Positions 45,410 to 58,231 of a DNA stretch of 64,000 bases are shown piece after piece. The translations under genes were made by a program, and so were the position numbers. Under the pieces are notes generated by a model. It saw only the letters and a list, made by a program, of their open reading frames with translations, ran no database searches and was not told the DNA's origin. Within the stretch, counting starts at the first letter, position 1. Each line of letters starts with the position of its first letter. This DNA is from the human T2T-CHM13v2.0 reference genome, Homo sapiens. The DNA is taken from assembly GCF_009914755.1 (NCBI RefSeq), contig NC_060937.1. One strand, 5' to 3'.

Positions 45410-45700
45410 CCAAACCTTGGCCACCCCAATACTCAGGCTACACACCAGACCAATGAAAATTAGAATATCTGGCATTGAACCAGCACATCAGGATTATTTT
45501 AACTTCTCAGGTTTATCTGAAGAGCAGTCATGGCTGAAGACCACTTCTGCTCCCCCAGGTGTGATCCCAGGCCCCTGTCACCTGGGAGCTTGTTAGACCT
45601 GCAGACTCTCAGGCCCATCCCACGATACTGAATCAGAATCCACATTTTCATAGGCTCCTCTGATGATTTGTAGGCATATTAAGGTTTGAGAAACTGTGGT
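45410..45700. mobile_element. Two adjacent MER5A-like hAT elements
   Basis: ctcaggctacacaccagacc...gaagaccact and cacctgggagcttgttagacctgcagactctcaggccc...tactgaatcagaatc...gtttgagaaac. Confidence 0.7.
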
Positions 45701-46344
45701 TTAGAAATTACACTGTAATTTAATAGTTCTTGGCCTGCCCTCACATTCAATCATTCCGCAGTGTTAAAAACAAATTTCTGGCTTTCCCATCAGCTTTGAT
45801 GGGCCTGGAGTGAAGTATGGCATAGATTTCAAAATGCTCCTCCCAAGGCTAAGTAAGAACCACTACAACTAAACTGTGCTACGTCTTTGTACTTTACATC
45901 CTTATAAACAGGTATGATTAGTAAGATTGCATTTAGAAAACAACAGGTTCAAAAAGAAACTTTGAAAACACAAAGAAATATTTTTTACCTTAGACTTCAA
46001 CCAAGGGCTTCATTTCAAGCCTCAGAGCTGTCTCTTTCTACATTTTAAATCGTGATTAATTACTACCTCACTCAATAATTTATGCTGGACAATACTTAAT
46101 GAGTTCTGACTTTTGGCTACAATATATACTTTTAGGGAAATGTATCACATAGTTTTTATTTTTCCTGTGCCAAGTAATGATATTGATAGGTTCCCTAATT
46201 TGAGGCTCTAAAATAAATGTTTCTTTTACCTAACAGGAAAATAAATTCACTTAAAATTCTGTTTTATTCAGTACAACCCTAAAGAGAAATTGCACCGGAC
46301 AGGGTTAAATAGGTAAAGAAGACTTTATTCAAGACTGCTACAAT

Positions 46345-46650
46345 TGACCTAGTACAGTGGCTTCAGCTTACAATATCATCTACGCAGGAGGCTGAGGCAG
46401 GAGGATCCTTTGAGGTCAGAACTTTGAGACCAGCTTGAGCAATGTAGTGAGACTCTGTCTCTAACAAAATTAACAAGAAAAATATTTAACCAGGTGTGGT
46501 GATGCATGCACACCTGTAATCCCAGCTGCTAGGGAAGCTGAGCCAGGAGGATCCCTTGAGCCCAGGAGTTCAAGGCTGCAGTGAGCTGTGATAACACTGC
46601 TGCACTCCAGCCTGGGCAGCAGAGCAAGACTCCTTCTCTTAAAAAAAAAA
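46345..46650 (+). mobile_element. AluJ
   Basis: ggaggatcccttgagcccaggagttcaaggctgcagtgagctgtgat; degenerate TSD aagactgctacaa/aagactattataa. Confidence 0.9.
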
Positions 46651-46718
46651 AAGACTATTATAAGAGGGAAGAGAGAGATTGAACTGAACTCTGCTGAAAC
46701 AAAAGATGGAGAGTTTCT

Positions 46719-46799
46719 TTTGTTAAATTTTTTGAGTCGGAGTCTTGCTTTGTCCCCCAGGCTGGAGTGCAATGGTGTGATCTCGGCTCACTGCAACCT
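46719..46799 (-). mobile_element. 81-bp 5'-truncated Alu with perfect 16-bp TSD
   Basis: TSD aagatggagagtttct at 46703-46718 and 46800-46815. Confidence 0.92.
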
Positions 46800-48059
46800 A
46801 AGATGGAGAGTTTCTAAGCACTAGAGTGAGCCAGTAGACAGCTGTTGGGAACCTCATGGTCAATGTGATTAGGCCATCCATGTTTAATTGTAAGATAGGC
46901 CTGTACTGTCCCACAGAGACTGTGAGATCGGGCCCCCTCTTCCTTGATTATTACATTTCAAAGGGATGGCTCCTAGGTCTTTGAGAAAGACATTTCCGAG
47001 TTTTAAAGCTGGCAAAAAGCTTTCAAAGAGATTGACATATATTTTCAGGTAGGCAAAAAGGTCAACTTTCTGTGAGTGGTTTGATCTTTGGGCTCTTTTT
47101 TAGTTCCTGTTGGTGCACAGTAGTAATAGGTCCAGTCTAGGACTCGAGCCCTGACAGGAGACTTAGCCACCCTCCTCTGCTTCTCTTCTTTTTCCATGGA
47201 GAGCTGTCATTGGTGGTGGTCTGAGCTCTTTGGTACACTGGTGATGGACTGGTTACACAATTTAAATTCAGCTTAGCAGAAAGGAGAGACTATGTTTAGG
47301 CCTTAAAACTAAATTATATCCTCCATTTCTATTGGAACCAAGTATCAGGCACTTCAGTAATGAATGTTAAAGAGAAACTTTTCTATTTTCCATTTTTCTT
47401 CATGTATATCATTTTTGGGAACCATGCAGGAGGAAGACCTGATCCTTAGAAAGAAATTCTCACACTTCTAGGAGCATACATTTATTACTGTTCAATACAT
47501 TTCAAACACTATAGTCACCATTTAATAAGAAACTAGATTGCAGTGTCAACTGAACAGTAAACTGAAGGGGAAATGAGTTAAGGAATTGGCCACAGTGAGT
47601 TTAGTCTCTTCTCCCCAGAAGCCCAGCTGGGAGCAAGAGCAATTAGCCTCTTTCAAATGTTCCCTCTAAGGACACCAGTGACTTTTATTTGATTCACTTC
47701 ATCATGATTATCAGTCATTTTACTTCACCTACTGTTGACTAACTGCTACCCCTTCTCTATATTTTGGGGACTCACCCACATCTTCGAATATAGGAATTTG
47801 AAAACCTTCTACATCCCTTTCTTTCTATAGTACCAGCATCCGATCAATTACCCAACGCTGATGACTTCTTATTAAAATTACGTGACACATAATATCCTAT
47901 CCTCCCCTTTTCATCTTCACTAGCACCAGCTTAAACTACGCCTGCCTTTTCTCTATCCTGAGCCATCCATCAGCCTCCTAAATGGCTCCATGTCCCACTC
48001 TCTCATTGATGTGTCTCACATTATCCACAGACCAATTCTCCTAATGTAAGAACAGTTTT

Positions 48060-48510
48060 ACAAGATGTAGCCTAAAGGGAAACTTGGGGAGGGGGTAAAA
48101 GGCACATGGGATCTCTTCATATTATTTCTTTTTTTATTTTAATTATACTTTAAGTTCTGGGATACGTGTGCAGAACGTGCAGGTTTGTTACATAACTATA
48201 CACGTGCCATGGCGGTTTGCTGCACCCATCAATCCATCATCTACATTAGGTATTTGCCCCATTGCTCTCCCTCCCCTAGCCTCCCCACTACAGACCCTGG
48301 TGTGTGATGTTGCCCTCCCTGTGTCCATGTGTTTTCATTGTTCAACTCCCACTTATGAGTGAGAACATGAGGTGTTTGGTTTTCTGTTCCTGTGTTAGTT
48401 TGCTGAGAATGATGGTTTCCAGCTTCATCCATGTCCCTGCAAAGGACGTGAATTCTCAAAATTAAATGTGAATCAACAATTATCTAAAAATTAAAAAGTT
48501 TAACTGAAAA
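48060..48510 (+). mobile_element. L1MC-like extreme 3' end (48060-48127 and 48458-48510), split by an L1PA
   Basis: caagatgt..gggaaact..acatgggatctct..tattatttctt / tgtgaatc.acaattatc. Confidence 0.55.
48128..48457 (-). mobile_element. L1PA7-like 3' end
   Basis: ttatactttaagttctgggatacgtgtgcagaacgtgcagg...catccatgtccctgcaaaggac. Confidence 0.93.
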
Positions 48511-49587
48511 AACCCCAGCAACCCCCCTTTTCTTGTCAGATTATAAAATATTTTCCTGAGTTTGCACATCCTTTTCTAAACTGGTCTCTTGCCTTTTGTC
48601 CAGCCTCACTTCCTGGTACATGTTGTCATCATACTTTTTATTTAGCCATATGGAACTACTTATAGATACCAGAATCTTCCACTTTCTCTCACACTATTGT
48701 CTTTGTAGATGATGTTCCCTTTGGTCTGGGTGTCCTCTGCAACCTGTTAAGTGAAAAGCTCCTTTTTATTCCACAAATCTCTTCTTAGTTGCTGCTTTCA
48801 TGAGGCCTTTCTAGATGGCCCCAAGCTAACCACAATGTTTCACATTTAAAAGTGCATAGCAATTGGTATATACCCTGCTTGGGCAAATGCTTATTATACA
48901 CTAACGGGTTTTTGCATATCTCCCTACTTACTAGACTGTAGGCCCCTGGTTCAAAAGGGGTTCCCATGCGGCCTACAGTCTAGAAAGTAGGGAGATATTA
49001 AAAAACCATTTAGTATATAATAAGCATTTGCCCCAAACAGAGGTGTATACTCGTTGCTATACAGTTTTAAAGCTGAAAATTTTAGGAGTCTATTTATCTC
49101 TGTATTTCTAGTTGCTGAGATAAAATGGATCTCAATAAGTATTTGTTACATAAATGCATGAATCCTTTCTCTTGCTTTGACTGACAGACGCAATTTAAAA
49201 TGTATTAATGTCCCCAAATGTCACTGAAATATTTATTATAATATTTCTGATGCTTCTTGTCCACTCTGAGAATTATGTGAAAGTTTGGGAAAAAGAAACA
49301 ATCTTTTGTGCTTAAGATGAAAACTTATTGAAGATTAAAAGGTTGAAAAAATATTATACAATCAGACTGCATCTTTCATTCTAAACACCTAAGTCAAATA
49401 AATAAGTAATTAAACCATTTTCATGAATATTTTATTGAAAAAGATGAAAACCATATGCTTTTTAGAGTTTCCATCTTTCACTTAGCTGAAAAATTTTCAT
49501 ATGGAATAATGAAAAGTAAACCAATTTATTTGTAAGTTGTACAAGAGTTAGTGATCAAGGTATTGAGAATTAAATACAAAGAGTGGC

Positions 49588-49927
<340 letters not shown>

Positions 49928-51034
49928 TTAAGGCATTTAGCAGTATTAAGGAATGTAAGAATATAAGATTTTCACCGTGGATGAAAAAGGACGTGGCCTC
50001 TGAATGTGGATATTCAGTTAGTGACTCCAGGAGATGGGCATGGCATGTGGACCAAAGCCTTGAAGCCCACCCATCACCCAACTCCCCTTGTTGTAATGGC
50101 TTCCGTGAGACCTCATCTATGACGAAAGGCTGACAACTGGGGAGCCCAGGCATCTCATCCACTTAGTAGGCGTATTTTCATGAAAGTTTGAATTTCAACA
50201 TTGTTTGTATGCTGGACCATGACGACTTCTCGGTGCAATAATAATAACATTAATGAGCCTACAAAAATGAAAACCACACCTGGAATTAGATGATTACACC
50301 AGCTTAACACCACCCTTACATCACACTTTCTGAGTGTTCAAAAAAGCTTGATTTCTTATCACAAAACTTTTCACAATTCTGATGAGCAGATAACTAATGT
50401 GAGGTTTCTACTGAGCAACTAAAATAATGAAAGTGAAATTGAGCAGCTTAAATTAAATCAAATTTTTCCCATCACTTTTACTCATTACCATATTGTCCAC
50501 ATACCAGGATATATGATTACAGTTGTTTTCTTCTTTTTCTTCTTAACTTGGACATTTAGAATGAATTATATCATGCATTAAATTGATATTTTACAACTGA
50601 ATACTTTGGCTTTTAGAACACATAATTTAATTCAAATTAGTTTATATACAATAATGGCTTTATTTAAACTAATGAAACCCTTATATATGTTTTTAATATA
50701 ACTTAAAGCCAAACATAATAGCCTAATTTTGTCAGGTTATTACAATAAGTCATTAAAACGAATATAAATGTAACACATTCTTTTTAAACATTATAACTAA
50801 TTCCTTACAGGATATATCTGAGTGATAAACAATTTGATGTATTCCCTATTTATATAAGAGTAATTTCTTATAAACTATTAAAATTATTGGTGGATGTTAT
50901 TTGCAAGAATGAATTAACTTCTTCTGAGGACAGTGGCATACATATATCTTTAAAAGATGCCTGATTGACAAAACTTCATGAAATTATGTTTGATGGAAGA
51001 AATTATTTATTAATGTACATACTATATGTATAAT

Positions 51035-51069
51035 ACACACACACACACACAACACACACACACACACAC
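51035..51069. repeat. Interrupted (CA)n microsatellite
   Basis: direct read. Confidence 0.9.
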
Positions 51070-51592
51070 ATCCCTGCGCCATCAGTTCAATGAAGCATGG
51101 TGGGTGGATGGTGCTGAGTGTTGGATAATTAGAATAGCTGGTGATCTGAAAAATTAAAACAGATTGTCGTCAGCTGAGCTACATGTTTTTATTTGCATGC
51201 TAGTTAAAAGAAAAACTAGTCAAAATGTCTCGTAAAATAATCTGGAAAGTGTTTTGGGAGCTTGATATTCTGAGATAGATTAAGGATTTATTAAAATACT
51301 GAAAAAGTTAAAATTGCTATTCAATATTGCAAAAGATGAAAAATGACTATTGGATAATTGTAAAATAGGCATAATATTGACCCTTTCATATATCTGTAGC
51401 TTTTTTCAAACTCTTTAATGCATCTGAGTCAGTTTCCTCATCTTTAAAATGGGATAATCAAACTTCAACACCAGAGACAGGCCTCACTTTCAGGGACTCT
51501 CCCCACTTGGCAGAGAAAATCTCTCCATCCCATGTTCTGTATCTTTTGGATTTCTATTATTACACTTAATATTATTAATATTATGCCCACTC

Positions 51593-51662
51593 AACACACA
51601 CACATACACACACACACACACACACCAAACCCCTCCCCCCCCACACACACATAGGCACACAC
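51593..51662. repeat. Imperfect (CA)n with C-run
   Basis: direct read. Confidence 0.8.
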
Positions 51663-53689
51663 TGAATTTAAGTGTTTTCAAGGAAAGTGTATTTATTGCA
51701 TTAAACAAGGAGACTAAACATATTTTTGATATCATCCAGTCTCTTTCTGAATAATAAGTATTGGTTACTTAGGAAAATTACGTATATTAAGTGAAATCCT
51801 TGACGCAAATGTATCAAATGATGCTTGACACAATTTAGTGCTCCGTAAATTTAGTGTTTCTATTTTAGTTTCCAAATGGTGCAAAATAACCAAATCTCAG
51901 ATTCACAAGATTTCAGGCTATGCAAAATTCTCCAAGCCAGACTCAGAGGCATTATGGGCATAAAAAAGTGAAATGCAAAAATGTGAGAAGGAGGAGAAGC
52001 AGAGCTTCAGACTCCATGGGAGTTTATGGATGTGTCAGTCCGCAAGGTAGTGCTTGGCCCAGAGAAAGTGTTAAATTCATTTCACGAATATCACCAGCAT
52101 CATCATCGCCCGCCTCATCTTCACCGTTGTCTGGTCTGTAACCACCATTAACCTACCAATAGATACCTATGAAAGACACAGAAAAGTAAACACCCTTTAT
52201 CACCATGGAGAACTGAGCTGTCAACTCAGAGACAGAATCTGGGAAGAATTAATTTTAATTATAGGGTCTGTGGTGGGGGCTGGAGAAAAACTAAGAAGAC
52301 ATGTTGGCTTCTCTTCAGGAATCAGACAATATCTGAGAAAAGGTAGGAAGATATTTTCTGTTATTTGCAACATTTATTTGTGACTCAGACACCTGACAAG
52401 GAGATAATTAAGTGTTTTTTTCAGGCCCAGCAATAAAGTCAGAGATAATGTAAATCTTTAAAAATAATGCAGAAAATTTAGAGCCCAACTGGCAGTGTTA
52501 CGGTGTACTCTGAGGGATGTAGGACCCCCAAATAACATCTGCAAGGCACAGACAGGCAAAATCTTGGTAACAGTGATGGCTGTGAATCTCTGTTTGCTTG
52601 TTCTCCTATCTATTCCCCGTGCCAGTGGGTGTGGAGGGCTGTGTGGGTTGTGAGGCAAGAAGACACTGTGAGAGAAAATCATAGCCTGTTGCATGTTGGA
52701 CCTGGGAATCAGACTGAGGGCTTTGCACACCAATCTGCTTTTCAGCAGCAGATATGAGAAGACTCAACCATGATTAGGCAGAACATCAGGGCCAAAAACT
52801 AATTTTTTATCCTAACATATGTCAAACATTATGCCTTGTTCAAGGCTGAGTTCTGAAATCTCCTGCACGCACATACACACACACAGCAAATGGGATCTAG
52901 AAAGAAGTACTACAGTGTAAGTGCAGACAACATAGAAGAGTAAATTTATGATGAATATACAAATGTTCTGACTTTTGCTCCAGAGATTACAAACTTTTAT
53001 ACACGAGTCAAAGGATATTGTCAAGGACTGAATGATAATTGGCACTGCAGGAAATGATGGCAACCTGGAGTCCACCTACTCTGTTTTAAAGTGAAACTGG
53101 AAACCAGCCCCACTGCTTGTTGCTGGGTGGGAAAATGATCCCAGTACCAGTCAGTCAAATTTTTTAAGTAACGCTGAATCTCTAAATTTTTATGGGTACC
53201 ATCCCAATATTTGTAGCATTGTGTGTGCCAAACCAAACATGTCTGTGGGCCCTATGTGCCCCAGGAGAGCCAATATGTTACCTCCTTGGTGCACTGAATG
53301 AGAACGCATTAAATAGTGAAGTCTGCAAATGTTAGAAACACAAAGGTTTAATTACCATAAATGTAATATTTTACACTGGCACTTTGTCAGATCCGGTAAT
53401 ACAGTTTTAATAAAGTCGGAGCTAGAGTTGGCTCAAAGTGGTCAGGTTATATGAAATCTTCCAGGTGTAAGCCGGAAGGAGGCAAAATACAAATAAGTAA
53501 ACAAAAAAGTAACAGAACTATACATTTAAGAAATTAGGGCACGATCAAGTTTATTTTGGAAATGCAAGTTTAGCTCATCACCAGGACATCATAAGTGATA
53601 TAAAATAAACTTTTTGACAGCAAAAAAAGCAGGTAGTAAAATTCCATATTCATTCTTTTTTTTTGAATATTAAGTAGGAATGATGCTTT

Positions 53690-54685
53690 TAAGGATACTA
53701 TCATAAGAATGAAAAGAAAATCCATGGAATGCAAGAAAATATTTGCAAGTGATATATCAGATAAAAACCCAGAATGTACATGGAATCTTACAACTCAACG
53801 ACATAATGAAAAATAACCCAATAAAAACGTGGCCAAATAATTTGAGTAGGCATTTCTCCAAAGGAGATATACAAGTGGTGAATAAGTATTTGATGACTTA
53901 AATTAGTCGTCAAATAAATGCAATCCAAACCATAATGAGATACCACTTCATACCCACTAGGATGGATGAAATTAAAAAGGCAGCCAACAAAAAGTGTTAG
54001 AAGAAAGGGCAAAAATGGAAACCCTCATATATTGCTGGTGGGAATGTAGAATTCAGCCACTTTGGTAAACAGTTTGGTAGTTTCTCGAAAAGTTAAACAA
54101 TAAGTTACTATATGACCCAGAAATTCTACTTCTAGGTATATACCCAAGAAAATCGAAAAACTTTGTTTACCCAAAACGTATACACAAATGTTCATAGCAG
54201 CAATATTCATAATAGCAGTATTCATAAACCCAAATGTTCATCAATAAATGAATGAATAAATAAAATATGGTATATACATACAAGGCAATATTTTTCAACC
54301 ATAAAAAGAAACAGAAGTGCTGATACCTGCTATAACATGGATGAACTTTGAAAAAAATTATACTAAGCGAAAGAAGCCATACAAAAAATCAGTTACTTAT
54401 TGCACGATTCCATTTACATGAATCTGGATATAAAATATTCAGAATAGGTAAATTCATAGAGATAAGAATGGGATTGGTGATTCCTGGGGGCTAGAGGGGA
54501 GACGAATGGGGAGTGACTGTTAAGGGGATAGAGTTCCTTTTTGGTGTGATGGCAATGTTCTAAACTTAGATCGTGGTAATTTTTGCACAACTATGAATGT
54601 ACTAAAGCCAACAGAACTGTACACTTTAAAACGATGCATTTTGTGTATGTAAATCATATCTCAAAAACAAATTACAAAAAAAAAT
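53690..54685 (+). mobile_element. L1MB-like ORF2 end and 3' UTR
   Basis: aaaatatttgcaa..catttctccaaaggagatatac..gataccacttcatacccactagg..acatggatgaactttgaaaa..tgtacactttaaaa, then A-tail. Confidence 0.85.
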
Positions 54686-55224
54686 TAGGAACAGAAAGAT
54701 TCTTCTGAAATGGTACAGACTCACAATAGGTTTTCATTTTCTTCTCTTACCAAGCCCCCACTAAAATGATAGAAGAAGGAAAATAACACAGATAAGGTGT
54801 TACAGGTGTGGCCCACAAACCGTACTGATGATAGACATGATTTTTTAAATGAGAAGATCATCTCCTAATGTCACGCACTCCCCCACATTGCAAACCCTGG
54901 AGGTCCTGGCAGTAGTGGCCCACATTCTCACGTGGATGCTGTGGCTGGGGCTTAGTGGGCTGTGTGGCAGCCACGCCTTCAGGTGGAAGCCTGTGCTCTC
55001 TAGCGCACTTCAGTCCCTTTCAATTCCTAGGCTGGTCACCCAGTCCATGTCACTCATTAGCTTTACTTGCTTTGTCACATATGTTTATGACTTCTGGCAT
55101 GAAAGCACAATCCTAGAATGAGTGAGAAGCATGTCTGACAAGAGTAAGCAGCAATTTCTGGAAGTCTGGATGTGGTTAGAGGAGATGTACCTAGTGAAGT
55201 GGAGATGAGGAAGCTGCAGTCCAG

Positions 55225-55400
55225 AGCAGCAGCTCTCAGAATTGTTCATTCTTTAGAAACAAACACACGAAAATCACCTTTTAAAATCTCACTTGGAGGC
55301 ACCACCCCCAGAGATCAGAATTCAGTTAGGTCCAGGATAGGGTCAGAGAATGTGGATTTCTATCAGCCTCCTCCATGAGGCAGATGCTTGACCTGCAGAA
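55225..55400. mobile_element. MER5-like hAT element
   Basis: cagctctcag...caccccagagatcagaattcagttaggtc. Confidence 0.5.
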
Positions 55401-55879
55401 CACACATGGACCAATGCAGGTGTAGAGTATGTAGGAGGTGGTCATGGCAGACGAGGGAGACAGCCGCAGAACCCCAAGAGAACACTGGGCCTGAAAACCA
55501 GCATTTACAAAAGAGTGCTGGAGAGAGGCTTGAAGCAGAAGACGGGAGGAGTGAATGTTGGGAAGTTGTTTTTAGATGAGCTAACACAATCCTCCCATAT
55601 CTCCCGGCACCAAAGTGCCCACCCACCAGGCAAAAAATTGCATGGGTCTTTCCTCTAGAACTTTGATCTGGACCAAGATGCTCACATGACAGCCCTCCAA
55701 GTTACTTTCCTACTTCCTGAATCATTACCCTAAAATAAGGCTGCTAGTTGACAAGACTTGACCATACAAACAGAGCTTACAGGCAGCTTTTATTTTTTCC
55801 ATCTCAAACATAACTGAACCATTGAGACCTCCTTATATTTAGTGACATCCTTGTGATGTAAAAGATACAAAGATTAACA

Positions 55880-56990
55880 ACTAGAACAACTGATCACAGA
55901 AGCATCCAAAGATAGATGAAACTCAAAGGGTAAAACGGTGTCTACTGAGATATTCAAGAAAACAGTTCATCCATAAAATAGGAACAAGATACTTAAAAAA
56001 ATGAAAGCAAAAAATACACTCAGACAATTAAAACCATGATTTAAGAAATTTTAGAATATTTAATCACTGGTAGGAATTTAAAAATCAAAGAAATAGCCTA
56101 GAAAGTGGAACAAGAATCAATGGGAATGAAAAATATGAGTGGAAACAAGAGATATGCAAGATTATTCCAAGAAATTGAAATTCAACTATTTCTAACTAAT
56201 AAAAATTATTGAAAGAAAGAATGGAGAAAGTGGATGGGGAAATGGTCAAAAAATCTAACAAAATTATTTTCCTAGAGTCAATGGCCAGGGGTCTATAGAT
56301 GAAATAAGCTTAACAAATCTCCAGCGAAATGATTGAGAACAGATGCGTGGTAAGTATGCCATTGTAATAATTGAGAACAACAAATATAAAGAGAAGTTCC
56401 TAAAATTTCCAGAATAATAATCACCACAAAAGGATAAGAATCAGAAAGGCATCAGACCCTCCAGAAATCACAAGAAGAACTGCAAGTCAGAGGATTTATG
56501 TCTATAGAATTTTAAGTCATACAATTTTTAACTTAGAATTTTGTTGCAGCAAGACTTTCGGTGAAGTAAAAATAAATAAAAAATTTGGATTACAAGGAAT
56601 CAGAAAATTTATTTCTACTTATCTTTTTGTTATGGTGTTCTCTATGAAAATAAAGGATAGTTCCAAAAAATGGAATCGATAATTGAATTCAAGCACGAGT
56701 AAAACATCTTAGAGTAATAATGTAGGAACATAAAACAAAAACAGATGGGGAGTAGACACAGATACTTTAGAAAGTAGCGGGAGCACAGAACACTCCAGCA
56801 GAAAGTTAGAGTGAAAAAGGGCAATGTGAGGTGAGATTTTTGACACTGTATTTGGAATATCTAATAAACAGTAAAGGCAGATGATACCAGGGAGAAAAAG
56901 TAACCAAGCTTGGAAGATATCATAGTTATAGAAATAAAGATTGTTTTGGAGAAACAAACAATTGTATACACAGTAACTAAAGATGAAAAC
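55880..56990 (+). mobile_element. Ancient A-rich L1-related ORF1 remnant (HAL1/L1M-like)
   Basis: A-rich degenerate ORF1-like sequence (ccataaaataggaacaag, aagaatcagaaaggcatcagac, ttttaacttagaatt). Confidence 0.45.
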
Positions 56991-56998
56991 TCTCTTCA

Positions 56999-57298
56999 TA
57001 GATAGATGATGATACATAGATAGACAGATGAAAGATAGACAAACAGATGATACATACAAACAGATGATAGATGTAGATAGATAGGTGAATAGATAGATAG
57101 ATAGATACATAGATACATAGATAAAATAGACAAACAGATGACAGATAAATAGACAAGCAGACAAACGGGTGATAGGTAGACAAACTGATCATTGATAAAT
57201 AGATAAATAGACAAACATGATAGACGACAGATAGATAATAGATAGATGATAGATAAATAGATGATAGATACATGATAGATAGACAGACAGAAAAATAG
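56999..57298. repeat. Complex (GATA/GACA/GAT)n tetranucleotide repeat, ~300 bp
   Basis: direct read. Confidence 0.93.
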
Positions 57299-58181
57299 AT
57301 TTCTTAAATAATATTCAGATCTGCAATTCTACAACTTGGGATTTTTTTCTGCAGAGACATAATTTCCAACTTTGTAATGCCATTCAATTTACTGAGCTAA
57401 GTATTGAATTGTAGATTGTCAGCAGTAAAGTATTTTTGAAGGAAAAGGTTATCATATAGAAAGTGAATTGTCCTTTCTTTAAGAGACCTTGTTTTTCTTT
57501 AGTTTTATATTTCTCATCTTTCCAGATAATGAGAAATTTTGTCCATAACATTTTTGATTTTTATGACATCACCAGATTTTTTTCACTGCCTCTTCTCAGG
57601 AGACCAGCTAGCCAATTTAACAATGTGAAAACCCAACTTCTAGTTGAAAGGTATTCATACAGCTTCAGTCATATAATAAAAGGTCATGGTTTAAAATGTT
57701 GGTTACTACCAATTTGGTCAGTTCAATAGAACAATGGTAGAACTGACTTTAAAAATATCCTGTTGTTAAATTGCTTAGCACTGTGATGAGCAGTAACCTC
57801 ATTGTATTACTGATTTCTCATATCTAAATTTTACATTAATGTCACGTTTTCTTAGTCATAGAAAAGTTTAGATCAGTTGAGCTTTATGTTTAGGATGCAT
57901 GCATACCACATTTGTGTGTACAGCATCAAAGAAGAAGAATTATAATAATTCAAAGATATTAAATACACATTCAAATGGCTAAGGAGTTGAGTTTTCAGTA
58001 ATCAGAAAATCTGGGATGAAATTTGCCTAATTGGTAGTCATTTGTTTATACTTGTAAAAAAATATTGTAAATATAAAGTGACATGCATTAGAGTCAGAAA
58101 GAAGATCTGGCCAAGAATATACTGATGCAATTTTAGTAAAGTAATTTTTTAGAATTTCTTCTGTTTCTCTTCCAACTAGAG

Positions 58182-58183
<2 letters not shown>

Positions 58184-58228
<45 letters not shown>
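58184..58228. repeat. (CA)22 microsatellite
   Basis: direct read. Confidence 0.95.

Positions 58229-58231
<3 letters not shown>

Larger units (their letters stand above)
46271..47045 (-). mobile_element. ERV1-type LTR (MER31/MER67-like), interrupted by two Alus
   Basis: gactttattcaagact...gaactctgctgaaac...tttcaaagggatggctcctaggtctttgagaaagacatt. Confidence 0.55.
47830..49165 (+). mobile_element. Fragmented L2 interrupted by L1 pieces
   Basis: pyrimidine-rich L2 motifs cagcctcctaaatggctc, ctagactgtagg, ctcaataagtatttgtt..atgcatgaat. Confidence 0.5.

Noticed and set aside
51920-52141. ORF with RRRRSR and SPASSSPASSS
   Set aside because: Low-complexity chance ORF with no splice or homology support
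56709-57273. Hydrophobic ORFs resembling membrane proteins
   Set aside because: Translations of the (TATC)n strand of the GATA repeat
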